64,000 nucleotides of DNA from positions 4,092,001-4,156,000 of the forward strand of contig CP075497.1 in the NCBI GenBank assembly GCA_021613535.1, in the 5' to 3' direction. The notes below the pieces were generated by a model. The model ran no database searches, had not been told where the DNA came from, and saw nothing but the letters and a program-made list of their open reading frames with translations. This document shows positions 41,884-54,574 of this stretch, in pieces; position 1 is the stretch's first letter, and each line of letters starts with the position of its first letter. Made by a program: the position numbers and the translations under genes. The stretch is from Adineta vaga. Its lineage: Eukaryota > Animalia > Rotifera.

Positions 41884-44320
41884 GGTTTATTCAAATCTTT
41901 CGTTTTCCAGAGTATATAGAAGCAAAGCAAAACAACAAATAGTTGGATAATGTAAAAGGTAAAAGTGTGACTCTACTAGATTTATAGTATAAAATAAGAA
42001 TAAAACTTTATTGACTTTTACTATGAACAAAATGACTTTCTGATTATTTCGTTCATTAAAAAATTGTTAAAATAAGAATTTTTCCGATTAAAGTTTCAAG
42101 CATATATTGCCACCTAGCGCCATCTATTCAATATCTTTGATTCACACTCTCTGTACATCGAAGTTTTTTCTATCCGTTGAATTATGTTTTGAACCTTCAA
42201 TTCCACCCTCAAAATAAATGTTTACACATTTCCTTAAGTAAGAAGTCTACGATAATCATTCATAATATGGAATTTTGATATAAATAATTTTAGTGAAATA
42301 GTTTTATTCATATGTTTGAAGATATCTATTTAGAATCTCTTTTGATTCTGAACGATTTTTTTAAAATAAACTGATCTGTTTCATCATCATTAGTATTATA
42401 GTTTTATCTTTAGTTAAATGAAGAACATCAGTAGCTGTTCTCATTCTAAATCTATCTATTGTTAATGAAAGTCTATTGTAGTTGTGATAATAACAGCTTA
42501 CTTCAGAAAATGATTGATATAAAGGATGTTTCATGATGAATAAAATTAAATTCGATTATAAAGTAAAAGAAACTAGCAGTATGATTTGTTTATATGAAAT
42601 AATATAAAGAAATAGTAAGAATACAGTTAGATATCTTCATTTCAATCGTATACCTAGGACAACGATTCCAATCTCCGGAGACAACTGGAACCGACCGTTT
42701 CCGCACCGGTTTCTTCGATTTGTGGAAATGCTCGTCTATTTTTATTTGTTCTATATTGTACACCGCACCCCCAGTTACGCTAGAGACAAGAATTCCTCGT
42801 CGAAATCTTGAATCACGTTTAATTCATGAATTTCTTCTTCTTCTTCTTCTTCTTCAATATCTTTATAACAAGATGATAAGAGTAACCAATTATCAAACAA
42901 AATTCTCTCTTTCAATGGTTAAGATTTATTTGCTAAAGTTTATATTTTTCTTGTTTTTTCAATATTTTTGATCATAGTACAAGTTTTTTTATCATTTGAT
43001 CATAAATAATTCAATATTAATTGATTTATTTTCACAGCTACTTTTGTAAGAAAATATATCTCTCGTTTTAATGTTTGATATCGATTCAAAGTTTACATAA
43101 TCTGAAAAGTCCAGACAGATATGATTTACTAATGAAAGTCATAAACTTATCCTCTGAATATTCAACGTATAGAAGAACAGTAAATGATGTTTTTTATTTT
43201 CTGTTTTTCATGAATAATATTGGTTTATTTCACTTGATTTGTTTCTCAAGAAGGTCTGATTCTTTTCCACTTTTTATGTACAGAAAGTTTCAACAAATAT
43301 TCAAACATTATTTGTGATTTGAGTCGATCTATATTTTTCAACTGAAAATTTGATTTTGCTATTAACTTATGTGGAGAATCGATTTACACAGCGTAAAGTA
43401 AATGTCACATGTATGTAGGAGATACTTGTCAACAAAGTCGTACCGTACACTTTATCTTTATTATGTGCAGACTATATTCAATACAATAAAAGTTTATTCA
43501 TAATCTTCATTTGTGTTTGTTACGCATATTCAGCGATTCTGTAATTTCACAAGAGCAACTGGAATAATTTTTCTATTTTAAAATTGATGTCTATCATTCT
43601 AATTAGAATAAAATATTTAATTTACTGTAAAGTATCATTATAGAATAACTTAAACAGAGATAAAAGAATATTGTGCCACACGATAATCATTTATGATTGA
43701 TTTGTAGATATGACGAGGTACAAATCACCAAAACATACAACTCATGTTTACATTTAGTTCTCTCTTCTTAAATCAACACTTGAAAGTACTTATAAGCAAA
43801 TCATTGAAATCATCATTCATTCAAGCTGATTTTCAATATTTATGTTTTGTGCTATAAATGATTTACAGATGTCACTGAATGGCAATACAATGAACTGTTC
43901 ATAGTGTGTTATGAAATTAATTGTTAATTAAAAGAACAGATCAATTTTTTAAAATAATTCGTATTTATTTTGAATTCTTTTCGATGAAAATAAATGTGCA
44001 TTGATATTTTGATTTTAAGGTTAAAATGAAATTTTACGCTTGATATAAATTTTAGTAGAATATATTATAAAAATTGTTGTTTTATTTCATTAAGAAAATC
44101 TATTTTTTTATTGAACTTTATGACTCATCGTTCAATTACTTCCGTGGAATATCAGTTTTGGATCTGTCAATATGTATCAATCATACGCCCTTCTCTCTCT
44201 CTGTATTACTCATTTTGCTACTTATATCAGTCATTGTTTTTTCAGAGACATTCATAACCATAAATCCTTTTTTGAAGCTAAGCAACAGGAACACATATAG
44301 AGAGTTTGAGGTCATAGAAC

Positions 44321-45119
44321 ATGATTACTAATCGTAGAACGAAGGCTAGACGTGTTCATACAAGGTTTGTTCATCTTTCTTTCCATATATGAGCGACTCA
44401 CTATTTTTATTGGACGAAAAGAGAATGATCGATCGTACCGGTCACTGATCCCTCGTCGTCATCTTCGTGAAGATGAAATAGACAAAATAAACAAAAGTTA
44501 TTTTTTGTTTTCTTATTCAGATTTTTCTCGAAGAATAAATCATGACAGATTTTTCTAAAGTATTTAATATTTATTCTTCGGAACCTACACCCGAACAAAA
44601 AGTAGATAATGAAACATTCGAAGAAGTGAAAAGAGTCAATGCTAGTAAGTTTATTTTTTCGATTTCAAATGATCTATTTACGTAACTGTGTTTATATTAA
44701 GGTATTAATCAAGATTTCTCAAAAGATTTCGTCAGAATAACAATGAAAATTCCAACAATGAAAACCGGTATTAATTGGCGTAAATTCACACGTGAAGCAA
44801 AAAATGGTATAACAACAGAGGCTACCTATCATGGAAAGTATGTTATAAAATTGTTCTTTTTCTCTTCATTATAGAAATTGACTATTATTCTTTTTAGTCA
44901 ACTTAAATTTGAATTTATTCTTAATCGTGGAAAATCGAATGAAACAAAATATCAGTTTTCAACTCGCGAACCTCTTCATGGACCTATCGAATACAATAAA
45001 AGTTACTTAAAAGTAAATTTAACTCTTCATATTGCAATTCACTTATCTATCAAGATTTTCTCTTTTAGTACAAAGATGAATATGTCCTTTGGTTCGTTCA
45101 CAAATCTCAATCTTGGTAA
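44321..45119 (+). CDS. Small multi-exon protein with CS/p23-like (HSP20-fold) domain; 5' end uncertain
   Basis: Exons splice to INQDFSKDFVRITMKIP...QLKFEFILN...KYQFSTREPLHGPIEYNKSYLK|YKDEYVLWFVHKSQSW*; beta-strand pattern resembles CS domains. Confidence 0.5.
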
Positions 45120-45369
45120 ATCAATCATTTTATCATGTGTGTGTGTGTGTGTATGAATGGTCTCTTCTCTTATATTATACTTATACATATGTAGAAGTTT
45201 TTTTATCTTCTTGAAACTTGTTTTTTTTATATGTTGTATTTGTTGGTCAAATTTATAATAATAAAAAGAAAAGAATGCTTTTTTTTCTTAGGAAAAAAAG
45301 ATTGACAAAAACTGACACGCAGAAATAAATGTGCTAGGTGTTTTTATACTATATACAAATTTCTCTTGA

Positions 45370-46867
45370 TTAATTTGCTGTCGCGACTAGTTCACGAAGA
45401 ACCGTGACTGGTGCGGATGGTGCTGGGAGATCTTTCATACTATTCTTACGTGAGTCTTGTGTTTGTTGTTGTTGTTGTTGTTGTTGTTGGTATTGCATTG
45501 GGCGAGGATATGTTTCTGGTGTTGGTAATGGTTTAGCATGTAATTCTACTTTTTGTGAAATACCAAAACGAGCTTTACATTCTCCACGAGTGATTCGATA
45601 AATTCCACGATTATCTTTTCGAAAACCTTTTTCTCGTGGAAATAAATCTTCTAAATCACCAAAATCCAAACTAAGAATTTCTTGTGAATCTTTGTATAAT
45701 TTAACACGTATTTCACCATAGAAATATGATTTGATTTCGAATGTACCATGATATTCATCTTCCTGTACAACAAGTTCAGCCGTTGTTTGAGACATACCAG
45801 GAATCTATATATGATGAAAGAAAGAAGAAGAAGAAAAATGAATCGTTTATTTATATTACTCATTCAATCACTTAAAGGCGAAAAGAAACGAATGTGAAAG
45901 AAGTACTGACAAATAATCGAGTATTTATATGTTTGGTTAGAAAACTTGAAAGTAATGATTCATTGACTATGATCTGTAGAGGTGTTGAATATATTGAAAT
46001 ACATATGAGTAATTACATTCTTTGCTAGACTTCACTTCTCTCAACGAATATTTGATTCCAATCTCGTTTATTGACAAACTATTTGAAGATGAATGTTAAA
46101 ATTCTTACTCGAATATTTGATTCCACAGACCATGATAATTCTTCTTCCACCTGTTTATCACGTGATTGTTCTAAAGTATATTCTCGACGAAAACCAGTGC
46201 TTGCTTCGATAACACATTTTGGTAAAGGAACTTCCAGTTCCAGCGATGCACACTGTTCGGTTGTATAACCTTCGAAAATTGAAAATGAACATGTTGATAC
46301 AGTTCGTCGTTCAGCTCTTAGATTGTATTCTTGTTCTCGATTTGTATCGTTCAAAAATGTTGAACGAAATAAGATATGATTTTTTGGTGCACCGGGCATG
46401 TCAAGATCTGTATAGATGACAGGATCATGACGTACTCTAAATTTTGAAAGGAGAAGAAAAGAAATCAGTAAAAAAAAGACATTATGTTCAACAAACTTTA
46501 ATGATCTCCAATCAATTTCTTTTACAAGTTCTTTCCAATTATAAGTCCTTCCCCATTTGGCTTTAGTCGAATCTTTTTCATTATCTTTATACCATTTATG
46601 TGCAGCTGATTCAACTAAATCTTTTAAATTAATCAAACCCATTTTGTTGGGTATTGTCGGTGTATTCTAAATAGAACAAAATTCATTAAGATATGAATGT
46701 GAAAAACAAATAAAGAAAAGGAAAAGGTTGATTTGAAGCGTATAATTAGCAAATTATAATTGGATTTTCTCTCTAGATCGTTATTTCAAAATCAATACCT
46801 GTTCCGGAATGATCATTTCTATTGTTTGTCTCTCTGCATGAAACTTTCGAGATTGTTTCGAACCCAT
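45370..46867 (-). CDS. Aerolysin/ETX-MTX2-like beta-pore-forming protein with polyQ tail
   Basis: ILFRSTFLNDTNREQEYNLRAERRTVSTCSF, alternating hairpin SLELEVPLP..IEASTGF, LSWSVESNIR|IPGMSQTTAELVVQEDEY; upstream in-frame exon 46867-46799 begins MGSKQSR. Confidence 0.75.
45463..45489 (-). repeat. (CAA)n coding microsatellite (polyQ)
   Basis: TTG run on the + strand encodes QQQQQQQQQ in the aerolysin-like tail. Confidence 0.9.
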
Positions 46868-49800
46868 TCCTTTTTTGTATATAAAACTCACGAAAATAAA
46901 TGACAACTGATATGATAATTTGTCCCGATCATTTTATATTCTAGCCAATCCGCAAGAGAGAATAATTTTGTAAATACCAGCATACGTTACTCATTCGATA
47001 CGATTTATTACTTTTATGCCTACTCTTCCCTTGGGTCTGTACCGTATCTCCATATACTACTCATCGAATCAGAATTCAACTTGATCTATTCTCAAATAGA
47101 AGAGACGAAATATATCAATGAATCAGATTTGTATAATGATTGATGGTAAAATAACTCGACAATATATATTTACATCAAACAAATCATTTCTATTATATAA
47201 AAAAAAGCGAATATGAACTTTCTTATCAATGAAGAATATGGAAAAAGAAAAGAACAGTATGATACAAATAAATTGATTTCTTTAGCTTGAATGAACAATA
47301 TGATTGCTACTAGTCATAACACGCCTTCTTTATATCCCTCCTAGGAGCTTTCAAATGATATCGATCGAACTAATTTGACGGGCAGCTGCGCATTCATCGC
47401 GATGCACAATAAGAAAAGAACATCCAAGAAAAACAGACATGCATACATACGTCGACCAGAATACGAGACTAATTTGATCGATCGATTGGCGTCAGTGCCA
47501 TCCTATTTTCTTCTTCTTTTCTCATCATCGATCCATCAAAATAGACATTCAAACTATGCACATTTTATGCAAATCTCGATCGAAGACAAAATTACAAAGT
47601 TCAAGTTGACGTGAAAATAGAATATCATACATGTGTGTGTTCAAATGAGCGTAGAGGCGCTTTTCTCTCTCTCTCTCTCTCTCTTCCTCTCTTATTTTAA
47701 TCATCAATGGAATTCATAAATATGTCGATACATTGTGTTTCATCATTGACCGCTCTTCCGATAAAACACCAAACACAACACTCATATGCTTTACATGTCT
47801 TATCTCAATGTTTGTCTCGTTATCCGAAGTTCAGAAGTCTATATGTCTTCATCATGATTATGATCAATTGTTATCTCTATTGAAGTGGAAAAAATAAAGA
47901 AACGAACGATATTACTTAAAAGAAGAAAATTTTTCAAACAAAAGAAAAGCAGCTGTCACTTTTGAAAACATGTATGATACTTCAACATGGATACAATCAG
48001 CAGTTGCTTTCTCTCTTTTCAATAATTAGATGTTGACACTCAATCGATCACATTCATTTTTTTTCCTGTTCATATGTCTATTTGACAACGGAAATCAAGC
48101 TCGCCTGATATCGAATACAGTTGACACGTGCTGGACATTGAATAAATCTAATTCGATTGATATATTTACAAGTAGTGAAAAGAAGACAGAGTACTCGGAC
48201 ATTGTCCTCAATCAACAACAATCTTAATTGAGTATGGCATAGATCTATTTTAACATGCATGTGTGCTCAGCAAATTCAAAATAAAATCATTCAACGAAAA
48301 AGACGAAGAAGTAAAAGGAGCAGCTGGTTAACGCTAATAAAATAGAAAAAATCAAAATGCTTTCATATTCCTACCCGTCGACTTGATGTCGAATGCTATG
48401 TGATAAATTTAATTAAAGATTGATGTAAACAAAAATTCGATTCATTTTCTTCTTACCTCGTCACCTTTACCATTGAAATGAACAAGATTATCGATGAGGC
48501 GTGGCATTATACACTTTAAATCTAAAATAATAATTAAAAGATCAAATTCTGTTCTCATTAAAACTGATCATAACGATCTTTTCATCATTGGCATGCGATG
48601 TAAATTAAAGAAGAAAAACAAAACACATAGCGATAGATTTCAAAGAGCAATGCGCGCAAGCATGATTATTAGAAATCAAACGAAAAACTATACACGTTGC
48701 AATAACGAGACGAAATGAAAGTTTTTTTTCTCTACTCCTTCTCCTGCTTCATTACTTACGATTTCATTTATAAGTTGTTCTAACAGGTGTAAACTGAATT
48801 CTTTTTTCTTCTTCTTATCGAATTTGAACATTTGCTCTATAAGAGACAATACTATAGTATAGACTTCTTTTGTCTTCATCGTTTACTTAAACATATCTTG
48901 ATTATTCAATGATTACTGTTGATGTTCAGAACATTACATCACTCACTTTTCTGTTCATACTTATCTCGAAAATATTATTGGCGTTTCGAAACCTTAAAAC
49001 TGTTCGTTAATATGTCATAACGATGGCAAAAATTGTCACAATCATTTTTCTTTCTTCGCATGTATATATACGTACGTACACCTACATTTCATGAATTGTT
49101 CATTGAGTGCAACAATAACAAGATGATTCATCATGTTTTTCTTACTTCTTACTCTTAAAATATGTCTGACCCTCTTCAGTCAAAGATTCACATAGATGGA
49201 CTTACCATAGTATTCATTCAGATAAACAAAGTAAAATAAAGACATTTCTTCGAAAAACAAATGTATATATGCACATTGCACTTCAATGATTACTTTTTGA
49301 TGAGAGAAAATGAAAGAAAAGAAAGACGTGCTGTTGCCATCCAGGAGTTCATCTCATCAATAGCTCATTTGTCACACAGACGATTCAATAACAACAATAT
49401 TTCTTTACGAACAAAAGATGTCTGTTAGTATACATAGCAAAAAAAAGAAGAGAGAAAGAGAAATTTACATTGTATTCTATCAAAAGAATACTTATTTGAA
49501 TATAAATATTCCAAATCGAAAAGAAGAGAAATTAAAACGAAACGAAATGAAATGTAATCTTAACGCCTGTATTTAGTTAAGCTTAAGTTTACGAATAGTA
49601 ATGATCAGATGAACTGAATTAGTTGAGATTAAACAATCAAATAGAGAGAGATATATATACATATAGATGAACTTACTTGAATGACTTATGCCAAAAGAAA
49701 CGATGAATGAATGAGCTTTTCTTTTCTCCTCTTTTTTCTGCTCTGTGCAACTAACAGTGACGTGAAACTAACCTCTCATTCTAGTATTTCTCTCGTTCAT

Positions 49801-50801
49801 GATTGGTGCATGATGAATAGCAAAAGAAAGAAGGAAAAAAACGAGAGAAAAAGTTAGTTGTCTAACAAGTTTTTCTTCTTATGTTCAATAACATCAAGAT
49901 AATAGGAAAAAAGAAGCATGGCATACTTGAAGAAACAGCATTGATGTGACAAAAATGATTCATTAAATTCCTCTCTTTGAACTTGGAAATAGAGCATCGA
50001 TAAAAGAATGGATTAATCTATTACAAAGAATAATACTTTCTTTCTTGAAGTAAAACGGCAAACGATTGAAATTAACTGCTACTCAAGATCGTTTGTCATA
50101 CCCCTACGGACATTGACTCAACTCTCTGTCTCGATTAGTCATTCGTCCATATTGTCATCTATCCTCGCGGGGATTCAAATTGCTAGAAGAGAAAAAATGA
50201 GAAAGAGAAAGAGAAAGAGAGAGAGAGAGCAAGTAAGGGGACGTATGACATGCAGTCAACAAAACATTCTTCATTTTTTTCTCCTTCTTTTCACTTCCAT
50301 TTCCCACACAAACACACTTGACTTAAGCGGAAATTGAACTCCTACTCATATATAAATGATGAAACAGCAATCAACTATGGACAGATGAGTAAATGGAAAA
50401 AAGAGAGGAACGACCGTTAAACTGTCTCATTTCGATTTTCACCTATGAATGAATAGCAAGATATAATATATGCATGCTCAAAAAACTATTAGCCTATATG
50501 CTTCAAATCACTCAACTCACCTCAACATCATTGATGAATATATCGTAGCGTTATATTCGATCGACAAGAATAACAAATTCGAAGAGTAGAGAGCAATTAA
50601 CATGCAAGTGTGATGCCGATCGTAAAAAAGAATAGATGAATGAGAGACATTCGACCTCTTTTACTTGTTCGATGTCCAAACTTATCATCTATCGTTTTCT
50701 TTTCTGTCTTTATAAAAAAAGAAGGCATACTTATACAAACACACACACACACGCTTCTATATACAAAGACAAGATAAGAATGACGACAAATGAAATGATT
50801 T

Positions 50802-53098
50802 TTATCGAAGTTTAAAAAAATTTGGGGCAGAAAAAAGTGTAACATAACTAAATATTGTTGTCATTAATGTAAACAGAACGAGACAGAGACGATCGATAAC
50901 CATCGCTGAAAATTTCCAATCTTCAGATACATCATCATCTTCTTCTTCTTGTTTAACATGTTCTGTAAGAAATTGAAGTTCAGTTATAATTGTACGCATT
51001 TCTGCACGAAATACACGCATATCACGAGGAAGTAAAACATCATTTGGTTCATGATTATGAGTCGGATTTTTACATTTACTGTGCTGACGTGGTAGAATAT
51101 GATTCATGACAGTACTTGGTAACGTTTGACTCGTATTTGTGAAATTTGGATCATTAAGACATGTTACATTTGCTAATAAAGATTTCGATGATTCAGCTAA
51201 TGATGGTGTTGGGAGACATTTATAATTGTTTATTGTACTATTTTCTCGTTCATGTGTACGAGTATGTCGACGACGAATAGCACGCCAAGTTAAATCATGT
51301 CCTGGACGGCTCATCCATAATAACCAAGCCAGATATTCATTAATATAAACAGAAATCTAATAAAAACACACGGTAAACTTTTCCTCGATCAATACAATTA
51401 TTGTAAAAAATCTTTTACCCATTTTGGCATTGTATGATTTTTGGCATTTCGATGATGAAATCCAAGAACTAAAACAGTTGCAACAACTGACATTGAACAC
51501 ATACACATAACAGTGGCAAAATACATAACAATGGTCGGTAATGCTGTTGAACTTGCTGGTATAATGCCAGAAATTAACAAACTGAACATAACAATTGAAA
51601 GTAGAATTGTTATTTCTAGAAATGAGAAAATTTTTATTATTTACTAAAGAATATTTTCTTCTTACGTAATGTTAATTTTTCACCACTATCAGGCGGAAGA
51701 AGAAAACCAAGTATAGTCATGAAACTAATTAGCACACATGGCACTAAATAAAACAAAGACGATTAAAATTAGTTTTTTTTCTTCTCTCTATCTTATTTAA
51801 AGAACAAATAAATCGTGCACTGAACCAATAACGAAAGATAACTCAACCCTCCGATACGTATATGTTATTCTTTAATCAACAAAGATTATTTCGATAAACA
51901 ACCTTGTTTTAATTGATCATGAAAAGAGAATTAGAGGGAAAAAAAAGCAAATTATCAATCGATTTACCAACAATATTCACCACATAATAAAGTGTACGTC
52001 GACGTATACGAATAGTAAATAGAGCAAATGGATAAACAGTTGGACAACATTCATACACAACTGCTTTTCTTACTGCTAAGAAGCCTAAATAATTACAAAA
52101 ATAGAAAGAAATAGTGTTTGTTTTTTTTCTAAATTCCAAATTTCTCACTCAATAATTCCCATTCTGCATTTTTCACATAAGCATCTAATTGACCTTGATC
52201 ACCATCGATTGTTAAATTGACACCTATTTCGAAGCATATTTCGTATATTTTTAACAATTAATTTTTATCTACGTACCACTATCATCATAAGACCATGGAC
52301 CAAATTTCAATGTGCAATTTTGTTCATCCAAAAAAAGACACACATTGACAAAAATTAATATTCAACATATATTATTTCTCATTAAAAACTTACAAACGGA
52401 AATGAATCAATATTAAATGGACAGATAGATTTTAAAATTCCAGGTGGAACAAATAGTATAGTACCATTATGTTGTACAACTAAATTTGTTTTCATTGTTC
52501 CTTCAAAATTATCATCCGCACTAACAAGAAAATAGATGATTTTAAAAAAATGATATTTTCATTATTTTACCTATTGTAAAGATAAATATCGGGTGTCCAA
52601 ACATGTGTACTAGGTACACGAATCGATTGAATTCCACCATACTCTTCCGGTTTCCAATTTAAACTATAATCATGCCATGTCTAAATATTATGAATGTAAA
52701 AGTAAATTCAAAATTGAAATATATTATTTTTAAATGACATACAAGAACTAACCACCCACTAATGACAATAATTTCATTTTTTTCATCCTAATTCAATAAA
52801 CATAAGTTAAATTAGAGATAATTTAAATTAAAACTTACAAAATCAATGATTTGTTGTAATGCTAAACTCATTGTTACTGTTAAAGTATCCGTATCATTAT
52901 AAACTGGTCTTTCGACAGGATCGTAATTGTTTTCTTTGAATAGATTTTGTAATAAACGTCGTTGATGTGCGCCACCAACTAATCTCATAGAAAGATGATT
53001 TTAGATTTCTCTAATAAATCTCTATTGCAAAACTTACTTATTAATTTGAATAGAACAAATAAGAGAAGAAAATATTTGATTTGATTAGTAGAGAACAT
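50802..53098 (-). CDS. Nicotinic acetylcholine receptor alpha subunit, alpha7/ACR-16-like
   Basis: Signal peptide, [17 protein letters not shown], Cys-loop [10 protein letters not shown]|DEQNC, loop [42 protein letters not shown]. Confidence 0.93.
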
Positions 53099-54574
53099 TG
53101 AATGACTTTTTTCTTTGAATTATTCGTTTGATTACAATAATGTTTATGTGTATGTATAATATGTAAACGACAAACGGAGTGTAACAGCTGTAATGTTCTT
53201 CCAAGTAGAAAGAAAGAAAGATACAGAACAGAATGAGAATATGTGATTTCACTTTTTTTGGTTCGATTCCTGGTTGACAATGACATTTAGAAGGCATGTA
53301 TTGGAACGATGGCAATGTGTTAATTGAAAAATCATTTAGCCAAAGCCAATCTATAAGGAACTCAATGTTGTTCTTTAGTCTACAGAAGAAAAGAATAGCA
53401 TCATTGACAGCTCGAAATACAACAAAAATATGAGAACTGATGGTCTGCTTATTAGCATAAGATAATCGACCGTTTGTAACGTTGTCAACTGTGAATGCCA
53501 TTTGAAATGAGATAGAAAAAAAACAAGGCTAATCGACAGAGAAATTTGTAAATACTAACCGCATAATTTCTCATGATGATAATCAAAAACTATACACATT
53601 TTCAATGAGAAATATATGTTAAGAAAACAAATCAATCGAATACATTTATAAAGATAGATATGAATCAAATGAATAGTTACATTAGGCAAAAAAAACGCGT
53701 ATTTGGTGATAGATATCAGAGTAATAAGACAATTGATCAAACATGCATATTTATTTAGTTAGGAAACAGACGATAAAAGCATAGACGAGAAATTCGTCGT
53801 CTTTCAATTCTCGATTTTTTCCCTCGAAGAAAATAGAATTTCTTTTTTTTTTCTCTGTTCAGTCAAAGGAGAAAAAGAACAAGAACACAACGACTAAGTA
53901 GTTTTATTGTTTAATAACAAAAGAAAATAAACTAGAAATGCAGAAAAAAAAACATCAGTCAATCTTCTTATGCAATGATCTTTTGAAGTATAGTAAACTA
54001 AATAATAAAAACAAGAAATCAATGTCAGAAGAAAAATCATTTAAACATACGAATAGAATGAATAAATTGGCAAAGAATCTGATCAGATGATATTTTCTTG
54101 ACTATGATTTCATTTTCTTTTCTTCAACCTAGAAGATAACAGAACAAAAAAGCATCAACGATTAAGTCCAAATTTTAAGCACATATGCATAATAACAAGT
54201 TGTCAAAAAAGTCAACATATTATTGACAAGTTATTTTATAATGTAAATATTTATCTCATAAATTGTCTAACATTTTGTTCTTTAGATATACTAAACAAAT
54301 CAAGATTTTTTTTTCTTTGATCTTAACAAAGAAAGACTTGATTCTGATCTTATTCATTCGGCACTTACGACGGAAAATTCTATTAACATTGGAATTAAAT
54401 TTTCAGTTATGCACTTAATATTCTCAACTCATTCTTATTTCTAATTATATCGGCACTAAACATTACTCGTCGTTTTCTGTGCTTTATCATTCTCATTGAC
54501 TAGAATATGTAGGATTGCATTAGATCGTGCCTTGTCATCGATCTGTCTGGATATTACATTTGACATTCAGTCTT

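Noticed and set aside
45404-45601. Poly-Cys ORF suggesting a metallothionein-like peptide
   Set aside because: It is the antisense reading of the polyQ (CAA)n tract.
46900-50790. 3.9-kb gene-free stretch with short ORFs and (CT)n/(GA)n tracts
   Set aside because: No coding signal, terminal repeats or recognisable RNA gene; likely UTR or regulatory sequence.
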